Source: Aeromonas phage AP1. Taken from it: 24,000 nt of DNA. The notes under the pieces were generated by a model. The model ran no database searches. It was not told the DNA's origin and was given only the letters and a program-made list of their open reading frames with translations. Position 1 is the stretch's first letter. The number at the start of each line of letters is the position of its first letter. Shown piece after piece: positions 18,802-24,000 of this stretch. The DNA lies in the sequence record MT713136.1; one strand, 5' to 3'. A program made the position numbers and the translations under genes.

Positions 18802-19179
18802 ATGCAACAAAAAATCGACCAAAGTAAACTTGGATTTAAAGCTATGGGTGATCATCTCATCCTGCGATGTGAAGCCGCTCGGGCGGGGGAAGAAGAAAAA
18901 TCGTCTGCTGGTATTGTTCTTGCTACGGCAACCCAAAACAAGCAAGGTGGTATTCCTACCCATGGTGTCATCGTCTCTGTTGGTGGTAATTGCCCTAAAG
19001 ACTTCAATGAAATGATTGGTGCCGAGGTTGCCCTACCAACTACCGGTAATTTCGCTAAATTCTGGGATCCTCGTGTAATTCGAAAAGAATTGAAAGAAGA
19101 TAGCGGAAAAGATATCATCTATGTTACCTGTCATCATCTGGCTGTGCGTGGTGTTTACACTCACACAGATAAAGAATAA
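18802..19179 (+). CDS. 31: GroES/gp31-like co-chaperonin
   Basis: FKAMGDHLILRCE...SSAGIVLATATQNKQGGIPTHGVIVSVGGNCPKDFNEMIGAEVALPTTGNFAKFW...KDIIYVTCHHLAVRGVY matches the co-chaperonin layout. Confidence 0.75.
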   Translation: MQQKIDQSKLGFKAMGDHLILRCEAARAGEEEKSSAGIVLATATQNKQGGIPTHGVIVSVGGNCPKDFNEMIGAEVALPTTGNFAKFWDPRVIRKELKEDSGKDIIYVTCHHLAVRGVYTHTDKE

Positions 19180-19328
19180 TGGAAACTTCTTGCATCTTTC
19201 AATGGATTAAAGAAAATCCAGAAGAATACCAAAAGATCTTGACAGAAGAAATTGATAAAGAAATCATCGAAAATTTAAAAAAGGAAATACAAAATGGCAA
19301 AGCAAAAGAAAGCAGTACAAAAAGTTGA
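19179..19328 (+). CDS. Small hypothetical protein (METSCIFQWIKENPEEYQKILTEEIDKEIIENLKKEIQNGKAKESSTKS)
   Basis: TAATG overlap with the co-chaperonin stop; 49 aa; not in the supplied track. Confidence 0.5.
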   Translation: METSCIFQWIKENPEEYQKILTEEIDKEIIENLKKEIQNGKAKESSTKS

Positions 19329-19509
19329 AGAGAAGAAACTGACCGGTCGTCAGGGTTATAAGCGCAAATCAAACGGTCGTGTTGACCAGTTTGGTGATGC
19401 ACTCCGGGCTCGTGTTCGTCGGGCTATGAAAGCAGAAGCGTTTGCTTCCAAGTCCCTTTCCCATGGTACTAAGGAAGTGCTTTCACAAGCAGTATCCTTC
19501 AAGTTTTAA
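19294..19509 (+). CDS. Small highly basic protein
   Basis: 71 aa, many K/R residues; followed immediately by a terminator. Confidence 0.65.
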   Translation: MAKQKKAVQKVEEKKLTGRQGYKRKSNGRVDQFGDALRARVRRAMKAEAFASKSLSHGTKEVLSQAVSFKF

Positions 19510-19513
19510 AAGA

Positions 19514-19539
19514 AAGCCCCTTAATTGGGGCTTTTTGTT
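19514..19539 (+). terminator. Rho-independent terminator
   Basis: AAAGCCCC-ttaatt-GGGGCTTTTTG. Confidence 0.9.
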
Positions 19540-19595
19540 ATTGACATCATTAAAAAACAAAGTAAAATAGGCCATACAAACTAAGGAGAATCGTT

Positions 19596-19826
19596 ATGAA
19601 GGTTGTTGTTACCCGTGAACAGTTTATCAAAGCACATCTTAATTATGTGGATAGTAAAGAGCGAGATGAGCTTGATAAACTTCTTGGTTTCCCTGTGAGT
19701 ATTTCGACTGCAAATCAACTGTTCTTGAACATCAATACCTTGTTTGTTTTTGATATCAAACATGTAGAAATAGACTTTGTTGATTTCGCTTACTTGGCCC
19801 CTTTCTGGCCCAAGAAAAAGAATTGA
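19596..19826 (+). CDS. Hypothetical protein
   Basis: 76 aa ORF after an AAGGAG-like ribosome-binding site. Confidence 0.65.
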   Translation: MKVVVTREQFIKAHLNYVDSKERDELDKLLGFPVSISTANQLFLNINTLFVFDIKHVEIDFVDFAYLAPFWPKKKN

Positions 19827-19908
19827 AAAACCTGTTGCAATCCGTGTTTGGTTTTGAGATACTAATCCCGTAGACAGAAAAGACATTTGAATCATTGGGA
19901 GATTTATT

Positions 19909-20136
19909 ATGACTACTATGACTGTTCAATTCGTATTTGGTACTCGTGCTGCTGCTCGTGCTGCTTCCTTCGGTAAAATGACCGATAACGGTAAAGATTC
20001 CGCTAATCGTTGGGGTCGTTCCGCTACGGTGAATGTAGAAAAGAAAACTCCGATGACCCTCACCCGTACTGGTCGTCGTGGTCCTTCCACACAGACTACC
20101 GTGGTTGTTAAGAAAATGAAAACCATGGTTCGCTAA
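19909..20136 (+). CDS. Small basic protein
   Basis: 75 aa ORF rich in T/R/K (MTTMTVQFVFGTRAAARAASFGK...GRRGPSTQTTVVVKKMKTMVR). Confidence 0.65.
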   Translation: MTTMTVQFVFGTRAAARAASFGKMTDNGKDSANRWGRSATVNVEKKTPMTLTRTGRRGPSTQTTVVVKKMKTMVR

Positions 20137-20146
20137 GGATAAATTT

Positions 20147-20293
20147 ATGGATATTATCAACTCAACTTTGTTTTGCTTTATTTTATTTGCTGTTGTATTT
20201 TTAATAGAATTAGAAAGTGTGAGCGAAGCGAACAGGCGGCTACGCCGTCTCACTACGTTCGAGATCTTTAGATATGAAAAAGCCACCCCGTAG
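20147..20293 (+). CDS. Small membrane-anchored ORF (MDIINSTLFCFILFAVVFLIELESVSEANRRLRRLTTFEIFRYEKATP)
   Basis: 48 aa, AAGGAT ribosome-binding site, N-terminal hydrophobic helix; not in the supplied track. Confidence 0.5.
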   Translation: MDIINSTLFCFILFAVVFLIELESVSEANRRLRRLTTFEIFRYEKATP

Positions 20294-20301
20294 GATGGCT
20301 T
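20280..20301. terminator. Hairpin terminator between convergent genes
   Basis: AAGCCACCCCGTAGGATGGCTT stem flanked by A tract and TTA. Confidence 0.6.
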
Positions 20302-20305
20302 AGTA

Positions 20306-21262
20306 TTAACGAATGGCTTTCACAACGCCTGTAGTACGTCTTATGATACTCTCTATAGAGTCGATGGTGTTCTCTTCACCCTTAGTAGGAACATGCACTG
20401 TAGTTGATACAGCGAATGTGACGGTAAAGGTTGCTACCTGAGAATTGTTCTCAAAATCTAGTTGAACTTCACCTACCTCTATGGGAAAGCACCCTGTATT
20501 ATGTACAGTGGATTGCTTAACTCCATGACGGTCTAACGTGATGACGTCAATATCCTTTGCATACGTATTATAAAATCCAAATTGACCATTTCTTGGGTTG
20601 ACAATTGTATTCTGCCATGTTAGCATCAAAGAACGTTCCTCATAAGAAGGGGAACAGTAAAACGTCATACTCATGGTTCCGTAGTTTCTACCTCTTACTT
20701 CGTGTCGAGGTAGTTTGTCTGTACGGTTGATTGTCGTTTCCAAAGTAGAACTAGGAAGACCGACACTCTTTACCATTAATGCTAGGTCTCTGTTTACATC
20801 GTAATCAGTCCCCAAAAATCCATCAAGGATCTCTCCTGCTCCCGGTATGATCCGGATCAAGGACGGGTCCCAAGCACCAAAAATCTTCTTCATGCTAGGC
20901 GTGAGGATTTTGTGTGCTTGTCCCAAAGCAATGTCCTGAACTCTATGCCAAGCATAACTTGTACCAGAGAAAAGACTATCATTGACGTCCATCCCGCTAC
21001 TTGAATCAGGAAATATTGGTAAATCCCTATCAAAAACACCATCACTGAATATAGAGGTTCGGAAATCTCCGAACCTTACAATAAACATGTTTGGTCTAGC
21101 CAGATCAGTATTTTCAACTTTCCGCATAAACCTAGTTAGGTCGGGGATCTCGCTTGCATCCCCACCATCGTTTAATAAATCTTCACCAAACCCGATAGTA
21201 CTATCTATCATACTATCTATGGTTGGAATAGGTGGTATTAAGTTCATTAGTATGATCTCCAA
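20306..21262 (-). CDS. 54: Baseplate tail-tube initiator, T4 gp54-like
   Basis: LTWQNTIVNPRNGQFGFYNTYAKDIDVITLDRHGVKQSTVHNTGCFPIEVGEVQLDFENNSQVATFTVTFA matches the gp54 C-terminal layout. Start is probably at MNLIPPI (about 21247). Confidence 0.75.
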   Translation of the reverse strand: MEIILMNLIPPIPTIDSMIDSTIGFGEDLLNDGGDASEIPDLTRFMRKVENTDLARPNMFIVRFGDFRTSIFSDGVFDRDLPIFPDSSSGMDVNDSLFSGTSYAWHRVQDIALGQAHKILTPSMKKIFGAWDPSLIRIIPGAGEILDGFLGTDYDVNRDLALMVKSVGLPSSTLETTINRTDKLPRHEVRGRNYGTMSMTFYCSPSYEERSLMLTWQNTIVNPRNGQFGFYNTYAKDIDVITLDRHGVKQSTVHNTGCFPIEVGEVQLDFENNSQVATFTVTFAVSTTVHVPTKGEENTIDSIESIIRRTTGVVKAIR

Positions 21263-22245
21263 ACGGAATTCGTATTATAGGTCTTCGGAGGAACACCAGA
21301 TACAAACCGTTGAGTCGGTAGATTAATAACAGAACTCCAATCCTGCGGTTTAATCTCCATTAATGGACCCTTAATATGACCCGGCAAATACGCTTTGATC
21401 ATATGGTCTGCACCTCTCATTCCCTTAACCTTACCCCAGTTGATATTTAGGGATGTACGGTTGGTAATCCTCTCTGTGGTTGCATGTTTCAGCAACTCTT
21501 CCATAAATTCTTTACGGGCTTTGATCGGGATGTAGTGAAGGTTGAGACCCAACATCAAACCTTTGTGTTTTGCACTTAGGCCAAGATATACGATCAGGGG
21601 GAATTTATCCCAGTATGGTAGTGTTGCCTTATGTTTTGCGTCATATGCGAAAGTATACAATCGTCCAGCAATTGGTCTTGTTACTTGATGACCACGAACG
21701 TTTTTCTTTATGAAATTGTTAAACCATTCCGTTGACTTCTTCTGAGACTTTACAGGCTCTTTTTCGTGTTGTCTTACTTTATTTCTAAAGTCAGCCAACA
21801 ACATCTGATATTTTTCGGCTTTAGATAGTTTTCTTCCGCTTATTTGCGCATCTTTTAACTTCTTAGCCAGTAGAATATCTTGCTTGAATCTTCTGAATGC
21901 CCGTTCCGTGGTTTCTTTATTAAGTCCACGTCCTTCAATATAATTTTTTAGAGTAATGCTACTCTTTTCTTTTTGTGTCAAATAATCAACACCAAGCTCA
22001 ATCCATTGTTGTTTATTCTTGTTTGGGTTTACCAGAGAATAATAAGTCTTTATTTCTTCTCTGTGTCTGCGCATTGCTCTACTGAATGTTTCATAATTCA
22101 ACCCTTTTTCCTCTGCATATTTCTTTGCAGTAAGACTTGGGTTCTTTTTCTTGGCGTTCATATAATCAACACCAACATCAATCCATTGTTTTCTATTGCG
22201 TTTTTCTGTTGTGGACTCTGCACGTTCCGTTATTTCGAATATCAT
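21247..22245 (-). CDS. Protein with two tandem HTH-like modules and a C-terminal domain; possibly gp2 (DNA end protector)-like from position next to gene 4
   Basis: Module 1 'RKQWIDVGVDYMNAKKKNPSLTAKKYAEEKGLNYETFSRAMRRHREEI' and module 2 'KQQWIELGVDYLTQKEKSSITLKNYIEGRGLNKETTERAFRRFKQDI'; C-terminus 'RLYTFAYDAKHKATLPYWDKFPLIVYLG...GLNLHYIPIKARKEF'. Confidence 0.45.
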   Translation of the reverse strand: MIFEITERAESTTEKRNRKQWIDVGVDYMNAKKKNPSLTAKKYAEEKGLNYETFSRAMRRHREEIKTYYSLVNPNKNKQQWIELGVDYLTQKEKSSITLKNYIEGRGLNKETTERAFRRFKQDILLAKKLKDAQISGRKLSKAEKYQMLLADFRNKVRQHEKEPVKSQKKSTEWFNNFIKKNVRGHQVTRPIAGRLYTFAYDAKHKATLPYWDKFPLIVYLGLSAKHKGLMLGLNLHYIPIKARKEFMEELLKHATTERITNRTSLNINWGKVKGMRGADHMIKAYLPGHIKGPLMEIKPQDWSSVINLPTQRFVSGVPPKTYNTNSVWRSY

Positions 22246-22712
22246 TTAGTAAGTCCTTTGAAACCCATTGCTCTCAATGAGTCCTCATTAATTATATTAA
22301 ATCTCCACCCTTTTTTCTTACATAATTCAGCGGTGGTTTTCCATTTGTCGTTATTGACTTGCCATGTATACACAGCTTGAATATAAGCATTTTTTGCTTT
22401 TAATGTATTTCTTTTTGGTGGTACTGGTGGAAAACATTCTTTTTTAGGCTTAACTTCCCAGAGAGAAATAGAACCGTCTGACCACTGTATCCACATATCC
22501 ATAAAATAACGTCGTTTCTTTCCATCTGCATTAGAAAAATACGGAATGACCATACATTCGCTGTTCCAATATCTAACGTCTGGATTATTATCCAACATCT
22601 CCATTATATACTTTTCCCACGAACTACGGTAGGTAACCTTTTTTGGGTCTCCTTTATATTTTTCTCTATTCTTTACAAAGTATTGACCTTTGTATGTATT
22701 ATTTCCGGCCAT
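22242..22712 (-). CDS. 4: Head completion protein, T4 gp4/gp50-like
   Basis: GQYFVKNREKYKGDPKKVTYRSSWEKYIMEMLDNNPDVRYWNSECMVIPYFSNADGKKRRYFMDMWIQWSDGSISLWEVKPKKE, a characteristic gp4-type sequence. Confidence 0.85.
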   Translation of the reverse strand: MAGNNTYKGQYFVKNREKYKGDPKKVTYRSSWEKYIMEMLDNNPDVRYWNSECMVIPYFSNADGKKRRYFMDMWIQWSDGSISLWEVKPKKECFPPVPPKRNTLKAKNAYIQAVYTWQVNNDKWKTTAELCKKKGWRFNIINEDSLRAMGFKGLTK

Positions 22713-22733
22713 AATAAATTCTCCTATTTGTTT

Positions 22734-22740
22734 TATTTAG
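22734..22740 (-). promoter_or_regulatory. Late-promoter-like CTAAATA for gene 4 block
   Basis: Minus strand CCCTAAATAAAACAAATAGGAG...ATG. Confidence 0.55.
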
Positions 22741-22749
22741 GGTTTGCCC

Positions 22750-22756
22750 CTAAATA
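22750..22756 (+). promoter_or_regulatory. Late-promoter-like CTAAATA for gene 48
   Basis: Plus strand CCCCTAAATACAAGTAAACAACATGAGGTTTAAAAATG. Confidence 0.55.
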
Positions 22757-22781
22757 CAAGTAAACAACATGAGGTTTAAAA

Positions 22782-23840
22782 ATGAAAGTTAATATTCTCA
22801 ATGGGGTTAACCGAGCTACTGGTGGTAGTTTCAACCCACTCACTGACACTAAGTCAGAGGGAACTGATCTTATTATAGAAAATAAAAACTCTAAGAAACC
22901 CGGTATAAAGGCTTTGCAGTACCCATTAACCATGAAGGGTAGTGACAACAAACACTCTTCCTATTTAGTTTTCTATGCGGTGAAACCAACAAATGGGGGG
23001 CTTAAAAATAGTGATATCCACGAACGTTCTATGAGGTCTGTTAAGGGTAAATTCAACGAAGAAACCCTAGCCGTTATTCAGCTATATATGCCAAACATGA
23101 ACGAAAACATTAGTCATAATTATGAAGATAACGATGGTGGATTCCTTCAAGATATAGTTATGAACTACCAAGCCAACGCATCAGAAAGAGATGGAACATT
23201 GGATAGCATTGCAAACGGTGGTAAAGCCGTTGTAAACGCGATGGCTCAAAAGGTTATCGTCTCCACTGGTGGTATTGCACAGCGATATAATTCTCAGGTA
23301 ACTGGTAATTTGCTTGGTGATCGAGCCGCCCAAATGTATCGTGGTACTGGTGTACGTTCCCAAACATTTATATTTCAATTCCGACCGAGGTCTATGGCAG
23401 AATTAAAAGAGGTTGGACAAATAATTAAAACTTTTATGGTTCTTAGTGCTGCCGAAAACAAAGGGGCTGTAGATCTTGCTTCTCTTGGAATTGGTACGGA
23501 TTCAGAACTTGGTGCGGGTGAAGGGTATACTTATCTCGAAGTACCCCCTTTGTGGTTTATAGAAGAAAGGGTAAGTCAAAGTCAAGAACAGAAGATTAGA
23601 TTTACACCTAAATTCGCAATGGGACCAGCCGGTATTAGTAATATCCGGATCAACAAAACTCCAGACCAAATATATGATACATTTGCGTCAACGGCTGCTG
23701 ATTCTGTTGCAATAGATCTAGAAATCACTGTTACAGAACTTCGTCCGGTTTATCGCGATTACTGGGAAGCTCTTACATCCGATTTGGGTAATCCTGATTC
23801 TGGTGAATTCTTCTTCGGTTCGTATGGAGGTAAGAGATAA
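22782..23840 (+). CDS. 48: Tail-tube-associated baseplate protein, T4 gp48-like
   Basis: RTQTFIFQFRPRSMAELKEVGQIIKTF-type block (here RSQTFIFQFRPRSMAELK) and late FAMGPAGISNIRINKTPDQIYDTFASTAADSVAIDLEITVTELRPVYRDYWEAL. Confidence 0.8.
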   Translation: MKVNILNGVNRATGGSFNPLTDTKSEGTDLIIENKNSKKPGIKALQYPLTMKGSDNKHSSYLVFYAVKPTNGGLKNSDIHERSMRSVKGKFNEETLAVIQLYMPNMNENISHNYEDNDGGFLQDIVMNYQANASERDGTLDSIANGGKAVVNAMAQKVIVSTGGIAQRYNSQVTGNLLGDRAAQMYRGTGVRSQTFIFQFRPRSMAELKEVGQIIKTFMVLSAAENKGAVDLASLGIGTDSELGAGEGYTYLEVPPLWFIEERVSQSQEQKIRFTPKFAMGPAGISNIRINKTPDQIYDTFASTAADSVAIDLEITVTELRPVYRDYWEALTSDLGNPDSGEFFFGSYGGKR

Positions 23841-23947
23841 TGTTATTTAACTATTTCCCCCCTATAAAATATAATGGGGCACCGACTGCTGATATATTTC
23901 GTCCGCATGGTAACTATTTTGAGTTTTTGGAATTCTGGCAGAAATAA
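23840..23947 (+). CDS. 53: Baseplate wedge gp53-like, 5' fragment (native part about 23840..23934)
   Basis: ATG overlaps the gene 48 stop (TAATG). MLFNYFPPIKYNGAPTADIFRPHGNYFEFLEFWQK* aligns with T4 gp53 N-terminus MLFTFFDPIEY...MTDIFRNYKDYF..., then stops. Confidence 0.8.
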   Translation: MLFNYFPPIKYNGAPTADIFRPHGNYFEFLEFWQK

Positions 23948-24000
23948 AATCACACACCACCGAATATTTAATGGTTCCAATCAGAGAACGACGATTGAGC
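23935..24000 (-). CDS. rIIA: Putative rIIA-like 5' fragment reaching the window edge
   Basis: Minus-strand frame open from 24000 reads LNRRSLIGTIKYSVVCDFISA.. and joins in phase to SKYPVGSLNPLPNREELSLD at 7921. Confidence 0.45.

Noticed and set aside
7922-23934. Simple inversion between rIIA and gene 53
   Set aside because: Inverting 7922..23934 would fuse the gene 53 5' fragment to the rIIA 3' fragment rather than restoring either gene. Only a deletion/circularisation-type exchange restores both.
1-24000. CRISPR arrays, tRNA genes, transposases, reverse transcriptase/retron elements
   Set aside because: I found no regularly spaced repeats, no tRNA cloverleaf with a confident anticodon arm, and no transposase or RT motifs in the translated ORFs. 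A tRNAscan-SE run would be more decisive.

Overview
The window is part of a T4-like myovirus genome (gp24, gp23, gp27, gp5, gp54, gp4, gp48, rIIB and gp31/GroES-type products are recognisable). Coding density is high, the genes sit in strand-coherent blocks, and strong hairpin terminators separate them. The most notable observation is an apparent split of two normally intact genes. The 3' part of baseplate wedge gene 53 begins abruptly near 7922 (+). Its 5' part lies about 16 kb away at 23840..~23934 (+), directly downstream of gene 48. At the left junction the gp53 3' fragment abuts, head to head, a minus-strand ORF. Its frame stays open above the called TTG start and reads '...SKYPVGSLNPLPNREELSLDK...', which matches the middle of T4 rIIA and has no N-terminal GHKL ATPase part. 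Joining 23934 to 7922 restores gp53 in frame. Joining 7921 to 23935 gives an in-frame minus-strand continuation into the putative rIIA fragment. So about 16.0 kb (~7922..~23934) behaves like a circularly permuted segment, opened inside gene 53 and inserted into rIIA. It could be a real rearrangement, a subpopulation isomer or a chimeric assembly; sequence alone cannot decide. Other points of interest are a recurrent CTAAATA/TATAAATG late-promoter-like motif, an rIIB with ACP-like and HTH regions, an HTH-DEDD exonuclease-zinc-ribbon protein, a duplicated helical module in a protein next to gp4, and a cluster of small unassigned genes.
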